A stretch of 64,000 nucleotides of DNA from Candidatus Binatia bacterium (GCA_963664395.2 OY761159.2:1728001-1792000), one strand, 5' to 3'; positions 1 through 10,930 are shown, counted from the stretch's first letter. A program made the numbers and translations. The notes: generated by a model from the letters alone, not told the origin.

Positions 1-1279
1 CTTTTCAGTGATCTCGCTGATGCCCTTGCCGTGGGTATCGACGAGATGGACGTTGGGCCGGTTGAAGGTCGGCAGGTAATCATTGTGGAAGCACGGCCGC
101 TTGCACATGAACATATACCACGGCTTGAGCGCGTCGGCGGTCGCTCGATCCTGCACGATCTCGTCTATGCGCTGGTGAATGCGCAGCATGTAGTCGATGT
201 TGGCGTTCTCCTGGCGGCGGATGATCTCCTCGCGGGGCAGAGCGGCGCGCTGGACCTTCTGTTCCTCGGTCAACTGCGGGTCCATGATTTTGCGCATAAT
301 GTTCCGCCGCTCGGTCTGCCAGCCGGGCGTCAGCTTGCGGGCCCAGTTGGGGTCGGTCGGATGATCGTCGCGGATGTCAATCGAAGACGGCGTGCGTTGG
401 AACACGTATAATTCCCTGGCCGCCTCACCCAGGCCGGGAACCGCCTGGACCGCGGTCGCCCCGGTGCCGATAATCCCGCCGACTTTGTCTGCCAGACCCG
501 ACAGGTCCTCCCCGGCATAGTCGTAGTCCCAGCGCGAGGTATGACAAGGAGTGGCCCCGAAAGGACTCCATGCCGGCGATCCTGGTCAGCTTCGGCTTGG
601 ACAGGGTGCCATTGGCACAGATCACGAACTGCGCCCGCATATGGTCGCCCCGGTCGGTTCGGATATGCCACAGCTCTTCTTCTTCGTCCCATAGCGTGGA
701 CGTGACCGTCGTCTGGAAGACCGCTGACTTGTACAGATCGTATCTCTTGGCGATTGCCTGGCAGTGGGCGTAAATCTCGGACCCCTTGGCAAAGCGGTCT
801 TTGGGCACATAGTCCATCTCGTCGAGCAGCGGCAGATAGTCATACGACGGCACGTCACACGCCACGCCAGGGTAGCGGTTCCAATACCAGGTGCCGCCAA
901 CATCGGCTCCGCGTTCCACAATACGGATGCTCTCCACCCCACATTTGCGCAGCCGGGCAGAGGTGAGCAGGGCGGAAAAGCCGCCGCCGATGAACAGGCA
1001 TTCCACCCTGTCGTTGAGGGGCTCACGCGGGACAAGCGGGCCGCCGTAGGGATCGTCCTCGTAGTGCGCCAGCCCGTCGGTCAGGTCCGAGGTGTACTGC
1101 GCCGTCCCTTCCGGTCGGTAGCTCAGCCGGAGATTCCGCTCCTCGGCAAACTTCTGTTTGATGGCCTCGTAATAGGCTTGCGGCTTGGGGGATGGCGAGA
1201 GCCAGCTCAGGGGGTCAATCAGGGGCTTTTCCATTATGCCCGACGGTTCAGCCATATATTTGCTTCCTCCCTCTCTCAT
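1..1279 (-). pseudogene. Baeyer-Villiger monooxygenase, frameshifted and running off the window start
   Basis: GGGFSA and GGTWYWNRYPG motifs. The BVMO fingerprint FRGHS-F-HTSRWDY is split by one extra base near 556. The frame resumes as [29 protein letters not shown]...YVFQRTPS. May be a sequencing error. Confidence 0.85.
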
Positions 1280-1647
1280 TCCGCGGGATCATCGTCGGTG
1301 ACTCGATACCACTCCCAGCGCAGTCCCTGCGGTTCCAAGGCCCACACCTTGTTCTGGGTTGCATGGCAACACGTCTTCTTGTTCTGGACCTCGGGCATAA
1401 TACCCGCGGCCTCGAACCGTGCCGTAGCAGAGGCAATCTCGGCCTCATCAAACACCTCGACCCCGAGATGATTCAGGCGCTCCTCAGCCTCCGGGTTCTC
1501 GAGCAAGACCAGCTTGAGTGGCGGCGTGTCAATCGTAAAATTGGCATAGCCTTCTCTCAGTTTGTGCGGTTTGACGGCAAACAGCTTCGAGTAATACTCG
1601 ACCGCCTCATCGAGGTCACGAACGTTGAGCGCCAGTTGGAGTCGCAT
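1276..1647 (-). CDS. ArsI/CadI-family VOC (glyoxalase-like) metalloenzyme
   Basis: RLQLALNV start, GYANF, LNHLGVEV, vicinal TCCHA-Q-KVW and WEWY. Confidence 0.85.
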   Translation of the reverse strand: MRLQLALNVRDLDEAVEYYSKLFAVKPHKLREGYANFTIDTPPLKLVLLENPEAEERLNHLGVEVFDEAEIASATARFEAAGIMPEVQNKKTCCHATQNKVWALEPQGLRWEWYRVTDDDPAE

Positions 1648-1896
1648 AGCCCTGCTCCTTCCGGGGTAATGATCCCCGATAACACATCCTAATTGCAGAA
1701 TAGTATACAGACCTGTGACAAAAACCTAGTCATCTCAATACGCGACCGATGGGATCGTGTTATGTGGAGCGGATTATATAGAACTTTAGTCCGAGAGGAA
1801 CGTCTAAATGAGTTCACCTTCCAAGGCATCGACTGGCAGCGAATTTCGACCTGCACAGCTCAGAATCCGCACCGGACAAAAACGGTATCTAGACCG

Positions 1897-3064
1897 CCAC
1901 CGATGTTGAAATCCAACGTCGATTCAACGAACTCAGACGCGAGCTTCTAGGCCATCGTGTAAAGCTTCCTGATCGGTGGCTCGCCGCGATGTCCGTATTC
2001 CTGACGTTACTCGGCGTTATTGTCATCGCTCATTGTTGGCTATTTCGGTTTTCAGAGATTCGAGGATATTAAGACCAAGGCCGAGGGATATATGAATACG
2101 GCCAAGGAACGTGCGGAAGAAGTCAGATCGCTTTGTCAATCTGATCAGAGGGAAATATGCGGAACTGGAAAATTTGGACGCCGAGAGGGTATCAGTGAAA
2201 ATCTGGACTGCGGCCCTTAGGGCTGCGGAAAGTGTCCAAGAAGGACCCCGCAGCGCATCCCTGATAGACCAAGCTATTGCCGCTACCGCCGTCCAGCTTC
2301 AGGGGCAGGAAAAAATCGAAGCAGCTATAGAAATGTGGCGCTATATCGCCAATGTCGCCGGAGGGAGATAGATAGCCAGCTCCAGGCGCGAGCATGGTTC
2401 TCTGTCGGCTATCTCCTACAGTGAAGAAGATAATTGGAAAGAAGCGATAGATGCCTACAACGAGGCGATTCAGCTGAATCCTGACATGGCTGAGGCTTAC
2501 AATAACCGAGGCAACGCGAAGAACGGTCTCGGTCAACACGAAGCCGCCCTTACGGACTACGACGAGGCGATTCGACTAAAGCCCGATATGGCCGAAGCCT
2601 ATAACGGCCGAGGCAACGCGAAGAACTATCTTGGCCAATACCAGGCTGCTCTTATAGACCTCGACGAATCGATTCGACTGAAGCCCGACTATGCTATTGC
2701 CTATAACAACCGAGGCAACGCGAAGAGGGGCCTCCGTCAACACGCCGCCCTTGCAGACTACACCGAGGCGATTCGGCTGAATCCTGACATGGCCGAAGCC
2801 TACAATAACCGAGGCGTTGCGAGGAACGACCTTGGCCAATACGAAGCTGCTCTTGCAGACCTTAATGAGGCGATTCGGCTAAAGCCCGCCTATGCCAATG
2901 CCTACAACAGCCGAGGCATCACGAAGAGTGGCCTCGGCCGCCTGAACGAGGCTCGTGAGGATTATCAGAAGGCGTTCGCCTTGGCTCAAGAGTCTGGCGA
3001 CGAAGCCCTGATAGCACGAGTGAAGCGCAACCTCAGTCAGCTCGACAACGACCAAGCTCCATGA
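1897..3064 (+). pseudogene. Membrane-anchored TPR protein; N-terminus broken by several frameshifts, TPR block 2486-3064 intact
   Basis: Successive frames read DVEIQRRFNELRRELL...WLAAMSVFLTLLGVIV / LIVGYFGFQRF / SLIDQAIAATAVQLQ...WRYIANVA / ARAWFSVGYL, then about five AEAYNNRG...YDEAIRLKPD repeats. Confidence 0.8.
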
Positions 3065-3169
3065 CCGAAGCGTCATTATGCTGGAGCCTGGTCGTACTCA
3101 CCCGCCCCCGATGAAGCCGTCGGAGCCGCGTGCTATATCGAACCCCATTCATCGCTCGGTGAGGAGGAC

Positions 3170-4390
3170 TTGATGTACCGCTTACTCCGTCTTTGTGGCC
3201 TCGTATTTCTGGCTCCGGCTCTGGTTCATGCCGCCGTGCTTGAGATTCCCGGCAATGGAGCCAAACTGTCGGGCATCGGGGTCATCTCGGGCTGGAAGTG
3301 TGTGGCCAGTGGGCCGCTGACGGTCCGCTTTAACGCTGGCGACCCGATTTCCCTGCCGTACGGCAACGAGCGGTCCGATACCGCCGGGGTGTGTGGCGAC
3401 ACAAACAACGGCTTTAGTACGGTCCAAAACTGGGCGCATCTGGGTGATGGGACTCACACCGCTGTGGTCTACGATGGTGAGATGGAATTTGCGCGGAGTA
3501 CATTCGAGGTGGCGACCACCGGGGAGGAGTTTGTGAGAGGCGCGAGCGCCCAGGTCCGGGTGCTGGATTTCCCCGCGCCAGGGGAGAGCGTGCGGTTTGA
3601 GTGGAACCAGAGTACGCAACACCTGGAGATGGCGCTCGGGCCAGAGGGCGAGGGGCTGATCGACAGCCTCGCGATGGAATTTGTGCGGATTGACGCCGGC
3701 ACGTTCCAAATGGGATCGCCGGCGGAAGCGGAGGACCATGAAGAGGATGAAACACTCCACCAGGTGACGATCAGCCAGCCGTTTTACCTGGGGAAATACG
3801 AAGTCACCCAAGCCCAGTGGCGAGCGGTGATGAGCGACAATCCGTCGTTTTTCCGCAACTGTGGCGATACCTGCCCGGTAGAGGGGGTCTCCTGGGAAGA
3901 GGTCGAGACCTTTATCGCGGAGTTGAACGCCCGGACGGGAGAGACGACCTACCGGCTGCCGACCGAAGCGGAATGGGAGTACGCGGCCCGGGCCGGGACG
4001 CAGACGCGGTACCACTTTGGCGACGCGGAGTCCGAACTCTGCCGGTATGCCAATCATGCCGACAGCAGCACGGGCCTGAGATGGCGCAACACGACCTGTT
4101 CGGACGGTGTCGCCGACGAGCCCGCCCCGGTCGGGAGTTATCAGCCCAACCAGTGGGGGCTGTATGATATGCACGGCAACGTCTGGGAGTGGGCGGCGGA
4201 CTGGTATGGAGACTACCCCGCCGGTCCGGTTACAGACCCCCAAGGCCCGGCCACGGGCAGCAGCCGGGTTGGTCGCGGTGGGGGGTGGCGCAGCACCGCC
4301 CCTTCGTGTCGGGTGGTCAATCGCTTCCGCTATGAGCCGAGCGACCGCAACATCAGCCTCGGCTTCCGTTTGGCAAGAACGATTCCGTAG
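3170..4390 (+). CDS. Secreted FGE-sulfatase (SUMF1/EgtB/PvdO) domain protein with an N-terminal copy of the unassigned two-Cys domain
   Basis: Signal peptide; F-MGS, YEVTQAQW, RLPTEAEWEYAARAG, N-WGLYDMHGNVWEW and GFRLAR motifs; GAGGAGG RBS. Confidence 0.9.
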   Translation: MMYRLLRLCGLVFLAPALVHAAVLEIPGNGAKLSGIGVISGWKCVASGPLTVRFNAGDPISLPYGNERSDTAGVCGDTNNGFSTVQNWAHLGDGTHTAVVYDGEMEFARSTFEVATTGEEFVRGASAQVRVLDFPAPGESVRFEWNQSTQHLEMALGPEGEGLIDSLAMEFVRIDAGTFQMGSPAEAEDHEEDETLHQVTISQPFYLGKYEVTQAQWRAVMSDNPSFFRNCGDTCPVEGVSWEEVETFIAELNARTGETTYRLPTEAEWEYAARAGTQTRYHFGDAESELCRYANHADSSTGLRWRNTTCSDGVADEPAPVGSYQPNQWGLYDMHGNVWEWAADWYGDYPAGPVTDPQGPATGSSRVGRGGGWRSTAPSCRVVNRFRYEPSDRNISLGFRLARTIP

Positions 4391-4621
4391 CCTCATTTCA
4401 ACGCCGAAAAGGCGATCAACGGCTGGTCCCTCAGGAAGTCGTCCCAGAAGGGATCGTTGCGCTGGTCTGGATGCAGCGCGACGGCGACCCATTCAAAAGC
4501 CCGCAACCCGGCGGCCCAATAGACGCACCGCCGGATATTCTTTAGACTGCTCGCTCATTATGTCGAGCAACCGGTTGCGGAATCAACGCCAGACCGGGAA
4601 GTCAGGACCGAGGAGACACGC

Positions 4622-6451
4622 ATGAGCATCGACCTGTTGGACGCTGACCCAAAAGAAAAATTAGGCTTTGACCCGGCTGAGCTTCGGGCCAAATATCGCT
4701 ACGAGCGCGACAAGCGGCTGCGCGAGGACGGCAACGCCCAGTACCAGGAAGTCGCTGACGAATTTGCCAGCTACACCGACGACCCCTACACCGAGTGGAC
4801 CGAACGCGCCCCGCTCACCGACGAGGTGCAGGTGGCCATCATTGGCGGCGGCTTCGGCGGGCTGCTGATGGGCGGCCGGCTGCGCGAGGCCGGCTTCAAC
4901 GACCTCAGGGTGATTGAGAAGGCCGGCGACTTTGGCGGCACCTGGTATTGGAATCGCTATCCCGGTGCCATGTGCGATGTCGAGTCGTACTGCTATCTGC
5001 CGCTGCTCGAAGAGTTGAACTACGTCCCGAAACACAAATACTCGTACGCGCCGGAGATCTTTGAACACAGCAAGGCCATCGCCCACCACTACGACCTGTA
5101 CACAAACGCCTGCCTCCAGACCGGGGTGAGCGACATGCGCTGGGACGACACGAGCGGGCGCTGGATTATTCATACCGACCGGGGTGACGCCATCCGAGCC
5201 CAATTCGTGGCCATGGCCAACGGGCCGCTCAACCGGCCCAAGCTGCCGGGTATCCCAGGCATCACCACCTTCAAGGGCCATACCTTCCACACCAGCCGCT
5301 GGGACTACGACTATACCGGCGGCGACTCTGAGGGGAACCTGACCGGCCTGGCCGACAAACGGGTGGCGATTATTGGCACTGGCGCGACCGCGGTCCAGTG
5401 CATTCCCCACCTCGGCGCGGGAGCCGAGCATCTGTACGTATTCCAGCGCACCCCCTCGTCAATCGATGTGCGCAACAATCAGGCGACCGATTCGGACTTC
5501 GCCGAGAACCTCGAACCGGGCTGGCAGCAGCGGCGCATGGAAAACTTCAATATTCTGGTCAGCGGGGGTAACCAGGACGAAGACCTGGTGGCGGACGGCT
5601 GGACCGAGATTTTCCGCAACCTGACCGGCATCGCCGCCAAGACGGCCTCCCGCGAGCTGGGTCGGCGTCTCTCCTCACGGGAGAAGGGCGAACTCATGGA
5701 GCTGCTCGACTTCCAGAAGATGAATCAGGTTCGCTCCCGGGCCGAAGCCATTATTAATGACCCGAACACCGCCGAGGCGCTCAAGCCCTGGTACCGACAG
5801 TTCTGCAAACGGCCCTGCTTCCATGACGAATACCTGCCGACCTTCAACCGGTCGAACGTGACCCTAGTCAATACCGACGGCAGGGGCGTCGAGCGTATCA
5901 CCGAGCGGGGCATTGTGGCCAACGGGACCGAGTACCCGGTCGATTGCATCGTCTTCGCCACCGGCTTCGAGGTCGGCACCAGCTACACCCGCCGGGCCGG
6001 CTACGACATCATCGGCCGCAACGGCCTCTCCCTCAGCGACAAGTGGGCCAACGGCTGGCGCACCTTGTACGGACTCCAGGCCAACAGTTTTCCGAACTGC
6101 TTTTTCCTCGGCTTCACCCAGACGGCCCTCTCGGTGAACGTCCCGCATGCCCTGAATGAGCAGGCCAAGCATGTGACCTATATCCTCGATCAAGCCCGCC
6201 AACGGGGCGCAACGCGGATTGAGGCTACGCTCGAAGCCGAAGAACTCTGGCTGGCCGAGATGCAGGACAAGGCGCGTATCGCCGAGCGGTTCTACGCCGA
6301 GTGCACGCCCGGCTATTACAACAACGAGGGCAAACTTGATGCCTCCAACGGGTTTTTTGCCGGTACCTACGGGGCCGGGCCCATCAGGTTTTTCCGCATC
6401 CTTGACGACTGGCGTTCCACCGGCCGGCTGGAGGGCGTGGAACTCACGTAG
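4622..6451 (+). CDS. Baeyer-Villiger monooxygenase
   Basis: GGGFGG, GGTWYWNRYPG, FKGHTFHTSRWDY fingerprint, GTGATA, ATGF. Confidence 0.93.
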   Translation: MSIDLLDADPKEKLGFDPAELRAKYRYERDKRLREDGNAQYQEVADEFASYTDDPYTEWTERAPLTDEVQVAIIGGGFGGLLMGGRLREAGFNDLRVIEKAGDFGGTWYWNRYPGAMCDVESYCYLPLLEELNYVPKHKYSYAPEIFEHSKAIAHHYDLYTNACLQTGVSDMRWDDTSGRWIIHTDRGDAIRAQFVAMANGPLNRPKLPGIPGITTFKGHTFHTSRWDYDYTGGDSEGNLTGLADKRVAIIGTGATAVQCIPHLGAGAEHLYVFQRTPSSIDVRNNQATDSDFAENLEPGWQQRRMENFNILVSGGNQDEDLVADGWTEIFRNLTGIAAKTASRELGRRLSSREKGELMELLDFQKMNQVRSRAEAIINDPNTAEALKPWYRQFCKRPCFHDEYLPTFNRSNVTLVNTDGRGVERITERGIVANGTEYPVDCIVFATGFEVGTSYTRRAGYDIIGRNGLSLSDKWANGWRTLYGLQANSFPNCFFLGFTQTALSVNVPHALNEQAKHVTYILDQARQRGATRIEATLEAEELWLAEMQDKARIAERFYAECTPGYYNNEGKLDASNGFFAGTYGAGPIRFFRILDDWRSTGRLEGVELT

Positions 6452-6453
6452 CC

Positions 6454-7914
6454 GTGCCAGCCTACCGCGCCAGCCGCGGCACCCTGAACGCGTTTGGTTT
6501 TGGCGCCGTCGCCAGTGGCGTGAAGAACCACGTCTTCGGTGGCTGGGTACTAGTCTACTACAATCAGGTGCTGGGGCTGGAGCCGGCGCTGGCCGGGCTG
6601 GCCTTGGCGCTGGCGCTGGTGGTTGACGCGGTCACCGACCCGCTGGTCGGCGTCTGGTCGGACCGGGCGCGTACGCGCTGGGGCCGGCGCCACCCCTTCA
6701 TGTATGCCGGCATCCTGCCGTTTGCCGTCTCGTTCCATGCCCTGCTCCAGCCGCCGACCGATATGAGCCAAAGCGGCCTGTTCGTGCGGCTGCTGTGTCT
6801 GGCCGTGGCCGTACGGGTGTCGATGACCTTATACGAAATTCCGCGGGGCGCCCTCGGCCCGGAACTCACCAAGGACTACGACCAGCGGACGCAACTGATC
6901 GGCTGGAGTACCTCCTACGGCTGGTTCGGGGGAGCCGGGTTTGCCTGGTTGACGCTGGCCTTTTTGTTGCCGGAGACGGCCGAGTATCAGGGCTCGCGGG
7001 CCTATCTGAACCCGGACGGCTATCGGGACATGGCCTGGATCGGGGGACTGATCATTTTTGCGGCCGGCATGATCTCAACGCTCGGCCTGCATCGGCATAT
7101 CCCCGCTCTGCACGTTCCCGAGGCCGACGCTGGCGTGGGGTTCAGCCCGCGCAAGCTGGGCCGGGAAATCGTCGAGACGCTGTCGAATCGCTCGTGGTTG
7201 ATGTTGTTTGCCGCGGGGCTGGTGTTTGCCTTATACGTCGGCCTGCACAGCAATACGGACCGCTACTACGACCTGTATTTCTGGCAATGGACTCCCGAGC
7301 ACGTCCAGATTTTTCCCGTTGTCCATATGTTCATCGCCATGAGTTGCGGACTGCTGGCCTATCCGCTGACACGCGGGCGGGACAAGAAGCAAATCGCGAT
7401 CGGCCTGTTTCTGCTGTCGGCCACGCTGGGGCCGCTGCCGGTCGTGCTGCGGCTGCTCGACCCCCTGGTGTCCGTGCCACTGTTTCCGGCCAATGGCAGC
7501 GACGTTTTATGGTGGCTGCTCTTGCTGCACAGTGCGTTTCTGGTGTCGCTGGCGGTCGTTGGTTTTATCCTGGTCGGCTCCATGACCGCGGATATCGTTG
7601 AGGAAAGCCAGCGCAAGACCGGGCGGCGCAGTGAGGGTCTGTTGACCGCGGGGCCGGCCCTGGCGCAGAAGATGGTCAGCGCCGGGGGCGTGTTCGTCGT
7701 GGGCCTGCTGCTGTCGGTGTTCGGCTTCTCGGTCGCGAATCCGAGCGTGGAGGCCATGCAGGAGCCGATACGTAATCTCGCTATTTTCCATGTCGCCCTC
7801 AGCCTGACACTCCCCTGGATTTCGATCTACCTGGTCGGCAAATACACCATCACCCGGCACGGCCACGGGCAGGACGTGCACAGCCTCGGCTACACTGAAT
7901 CGGGGGAGGCCTGA
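6454..7914 (+). CDS. MFS_2 / GPH-family transporter
   Basis: About 12 hydrophobic segments; DAVTDPLVGVWSDR-RTRWGRRHPF, ELTKDYDQRT, GRRSEG. Confidence 0.88.
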   Translation: MPAYRASRGTLNAFGFGAVASGVKNHVFGGWVLVYYNQVLGLEPALAGLALALALVVDAVTDPLVGVWSDRARTRWGRRHPFMYAGILPFAVSFHALLQPPTDMSQSGLFVRLLCLAVAVRVSMTLYEIPRGALGPELTKDYDQRTQLIGWSTSYGWFGGAGFAWLTLAFLLPETAEYQGSRAYLNPDGYRDMAWIGGLIIFAAGMISTLGLHRHIPALHVPEADAGVGFSPRKLGREIVETLSNRSWLMLFAAGLVFALYVGLHSNTDRYYDLYFWQWTPEHVQIFPVVHMFIAMSCGLLAYPLTRGRDKKQIAIGLFLLSATLGPLPVVLRLLDPLVSVPLFPANGSDVLWWLLLLHSAFLVSLAVVGFILVGSMTADIVEESQRKTGRRSEGLLTAGPALAQKMVSAGGVFVVGLLLSVFGFSVANPSVEAMQEPIRNLAIFHVALSLTLPWISIYLVGKYTITRHGHGQDVHSLGYTESGEA

Positions 7915-7976
7915 CAGACGCCTGCCGTTGTATCGAAAGAATTGCTCATCCGTGCGTCACCACGTATAGTCGCGCT

Positions 7977-9194
7977 ATGGACCCACAGACAATCGAGCAA
8001 TGGAAAGCCGGGGTCGCCTTTGAGCGCGGCAGAACCGCAGCGCCCGCCGGGTTTCCGGCCCTGCCCGACATTCCGGGTGGGCGCTACTGGGAGCCGGAGT
8101 TCTTTGCGCTGGAACGCGAAGCGCTGTTCAAACAGGGCTGGCTGTACGTCGGGCATACGGATCAACTGCCCGAGCCCGGCAGCTTCATCGTCTGGCGCCG
8201 GACGGGAACCCCCATCCTGGTAATCCGGGGTGTGGATCGCCAGATTCGGGCCTTCTACAATACCTGCCGTCACCGGGGTGCCCCGGTGATGCAACAGGAT
8301 TCAGGCACGGCCGGTCGTTTCTTCAGTTGCGGCTATCACGGCTGGACGTATGACACGACCGGAGCCCTGACGGCCGTTACCGACCCGCGGGACTGGGTCA
8401 ATCCGGACCTGTCGTGCCGCAGCCTGGTCCCCGTACGGTGCGCGTTGCTGGGCAACTGGATCTTTGTGTGTGAAGCGGCCGATATGCCGTCCCTGGAGCA
8501 TTTTCTTGAGCCGGTCGCGCGCTATTTTCGCCATCTGCCCCTGCACGACCTCCGGCTCGTCCATCAGCACAGTGTCGAGGTACGGGGCAATTACAAGGTC
8601 GTTTTGGAAAACTTCCTGGAGGCGTATCACTTCCGGTTATTACACCGCCGCACCACCGACCGCATCTTCGATAACCTGGCGACCAGCCTGCATCTGTGGG
8701 AGCACGGCCACTCGATGATGCTCTCGCCCAACCGCCGCCCGGACTGGGTCGATCCCGGAACCGTCGGCATGCCCGAGATGGCCACCGCCACGACCATCGA
8801 GCGGGACCATAATCCCAGTTATCACCTGTTTCCGAACCTGATCGTGCCGATCGCGCCGACCGGCATTCCGGCCGTTGCCTTCTGGCCGCAGAGCGTGGAC
8901 CGCACCATCCTGGATGTCATCTGGTTTGCCCCGGACTGGGGCGACGGCGAGCGCCATCCGCTGTGGGAGACGCGCATCGCGAACTTTGATCGTATTGTTG
9001 ATGAAGACATCGCCTTTGTGGAACCCATCCAGGAGTCACTCACCTCGCCTGGGTTCCGTGGGGTTCCGCTCAACTACCAGGAGCGGCGTATTTATCACTG
9101 GCACGCAGAGCTGGACCGGCGTATCGGCATAGAGATCGTCCCCGAGCGCCTGCGCGTCCCGCCCGTCCTTGATGACTGGATTGAGCGGGACTGA
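7977..9194 (+). CDS. Rieske ring-hydroxylating oxygenase alpha subunit
   Basis: CRHRG...CGYHGWTY Rieske motif; ENFLEAYHFRLLH iron ligands; distal EDI. Confidence 0.92.
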   Translation: MDPQTIEQWKAGVAFERGRTAAPAGFPALPDIPGGRYWEPEFFALEREALFKQGWLYVGHTDQLPEPGSFIVWRRTGTPILVIRGVDRQIRAFYNTCRHRGAPVMQQDSGTAGRFFSCGYHGWTYDTTGALTAVTDPRDWVNPDLSCRSLVPVRCALLGNWIFVCEAADMPSLEHFLEPVARYFRHLPLHDLRLVHQHSVEVRGNYKVVLENFLEAYHFRLLHRRTTDRIFDNLATSLHLWEHGHSMMLSPNRRPDWVDPGTVGMPEMATATTIERDHNPSYHLFPNLIVPIAPTGIPAVAFWPQSVDRTILDVIWFAPDWGDGERHPLWETRIANFDRIVDEDIAFVEPIQESLTSPGFRGVPLNYQERRIYHWHAELDRRIGIEIVPERLRVPPVLDDWIERD

Positions 9195-9210
9195 GGGCCA
9201 CTGCGGCCCG

Positions 9211-9558
9211 ACGCTGAGCGGATTTGTGAATGGGCATGTCGAGCCGGGAACCAAGGTCTATACAGACGAACACAGTGGCTATAACTAGGTGCCAAACCGG
9301 GAAGTGGTGCGACACGGCGCTAAAGAATACGTCAACGGCATGGCCCACACGAACGGCATAGAATCCTTTTGGGCGCTACTCAAACGTGGCTACTACGGCA
9401 CGTATCACAAAATGAGTGTGAAGCACCTGAGCCGCTATGTGAATGAGTTTGCAGGCCGTCACAACCAACGTCCGCTTGATACTGCCGTACAGATGGAGTG
9501 TATGGCGCGGGGGCTTATGAATAAACGGTTGCGGTATAAAGATTTGATTCAGGGATAA
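9211..9558 (+). mobile_element. IS1595-family transposase remnant (C-terminal part, internal TAG at 9286)
   Basis: VYTDEHSGYN*...HGAKEYVNGMAHTNGIESFWALLKRGYYGTYHKMSVKHLSRYVNEF..R.N; N-terminal half absent. Confidence 0.9.
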
Positions 9559-9589
9559 GTGCGGTCTCCCCGCACGTGCAAGTATACGC

Positions 9590-9838
9590 CTATCTGAAAA
9601 CAGCAAGGTGTTGCTTGGCACATTCTAAGTCTATTTCCAAGTGATTGACCATGCGTTTAATGTGGCCTTTTTCAATTTCAGGGTCTTTTTTGCCGTGCTC
9701 CCCTTTTGGCAGGTGATACGTTTTTTCCTTGTACCAAACCCGCTGTTTATGCTCTTTTTTCTCTATTGAATAACCAGGAGCACACTCGTCGAGCATCTTA
9801 CGTATCTTGCTCATACGAGCGCGCCCTGAAGTTGCCAT
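9590..9838 (-). CDS. HicA-like toxin
   Basis: Small basic protein with a pattern resembling HicA (H..., P..H...EI..G.I..M...L.I); 3 nt downstream of a HicB-like gene. Confidence 0.55.
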   Translation of the reverse strand: MATSGRARMSKIRKMLDECAPGYSIEKKEHKQRVWYKEKTYHLPKGEHGKKDPEIEKGHIKRMVNHLEIDLECAKQHLAVFR

Positions 9839-9841
9839 AGG

Positions 9842-10354
9842 TTAAGCAGCGAGGTCCAGTTCAGGCAGTTGATGGCACTCAGCATCAATGGTGTTATACT
9901 TCGGTGCGCTCTTCACTTTCTTGACAATTATTTTCATTTCCGTATTTTTTGCGGACTTCTTATGTAGCCCTTTCTCTGTGTACCTTTCTTTTCTCACCCG
10001 TTCGACAGCATACCACCATTCTTTTTCTGCTGGGCTGCAAACCTCATTGAAGAAATTTTGGACCTCTTGCCTGAATTCGTTGAAAGTCTTCGCCTCTAAA
10101 GCAACATCAAAAAGAACGGCCTTACAGGTATTCTTGAATTTGGCATACGCCTTGAGGGCACTTTCTGCGCCTTCTGCAATGCCTCCAGGCTGGACTCCGG
10201 TTATCCAGACCTCCCCTTCTTCTTCGGGACCGCGCTCAAGTAATGCCCGACCTTGTGCCTCGATATCTGCTAGAAAACCATCACCGTAGACCAGGTCTTT
10301 GAACGTAAACAGAAGTGGCAATCTGTCCATCTTCATTTCTCCTTTTGCGAGCAC
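9842..10354 (-). CDS. HicB-like antitoxin / hypothetical protein
   Basis: W..G..PGGIAEGAES...A segment resembles the HicB core; low GC; coupled to the HicA-like gene. Confidence 0.5.
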   Translation of the reverse strand: MLAKGEMKMDRLPLLFTFKDLVYGDGFLADIEAQGRALLERGPEEEGEVWITGVQPGGIAEGAESALKAYAKFKNTCKAVLFDVALEAKTFNEFRQEVQNFFNEVCSPAEKEWWYAVERVRKERYTEKGLHKKSAKNTEMKIIVKKVKSAPKYNTIDAECHQLPELDLAA

Positions 10355-10620
10355 CCGCTTGTGAACAAAGAGCGTTAAAGAGTGCTAACGCATTGATATA
10401 ACTTCCGTTTATTTAGGGGTAAAATAGGTCACGTTGTTGTGAATGGCAAGGGGCGTGCAACCAGGAATTTTTCATTGCCGGCGGTGCGGACCTGAGCAGG
10501 AGGGTGGCACGCTAATAAGATCGGCATCGGGCAAGGTCGATTTGTTTCCCCGCGAACGTGGCGTAAGGGTGAGCGGTTGGGGTGGGTAACAATTCCCTCC
10601 AGGGAGGGGAGCGGGGGGAC

Positions 10621-10718
10621 ATCCCCTCCCTGGAGGGGTGCCGCGTCAGCGGCGGGGTGGGTTACCCGGCGGCCCCAGAGGAGTTGCCGGATTACGCTGC
10701 GCTCATCCGACCTACGGG
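10621..10718. repeat. Composite REP-like element: CCCCTCCCTGGAGGGG unit plus GTAG-type REP
   Basis: atcccctccctggaggggtgccgcgtcagcggcggggtgggt ... cggattacgctgcgctcatccgacctac; both units recur near-identically at 13077-13169. Confidence 0.85.
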
Positions 10719-10930
10719 ATTGCGGCGGTAATGCCATAGAAACGCAGGGCATTCGTCCCCAGGACCTTGCGCTGGTCAGCGCCGGGGGAGTAGCGGCGAT
10801 ACTCCGCAAATTCGAGCCCCGCCCCACGGCGCAGCGAAACATGGCCACCGGGACGGCTACCAAGAAAGCGGCGTCTGGTCTGAATGCGTAATGTTTCCAG
10901 CCGAGACAAATAGTCTGCGCTGAATAAGGG
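10712..10930 (-). pseudogene. DUF58 N-terminal fragment fused in frame to an amidohydrolase tail
   Basis: LSRLETLRIQTRRRFLGSRPGGHVSLRRGAGLEFAEYRRYSPG carries the DUF58 motif G.G.EF...R.Y.PG, followed by ADQRKVLGTNALRFYGI. Confidence 0.8.
10730..10777. repeat. 48-bp exact direct repeat, copy 1 (amidohydrolase 3' end)
   Basis: aatgccatagaaacgcagggcattcgtccccaggaccttgcgctggtc is identical to 18460-18507. Confidence 0.95.

Noticed and set aside
2440-2920. ~102-bp periodic DNA repeats
   Set aside because: These are coding TPR repeats.
4200-4620. FGE C-terminus as a diversity-generating retroelement target
   Set aside because: No template repeat or reverse transcriptase is seen in the window.
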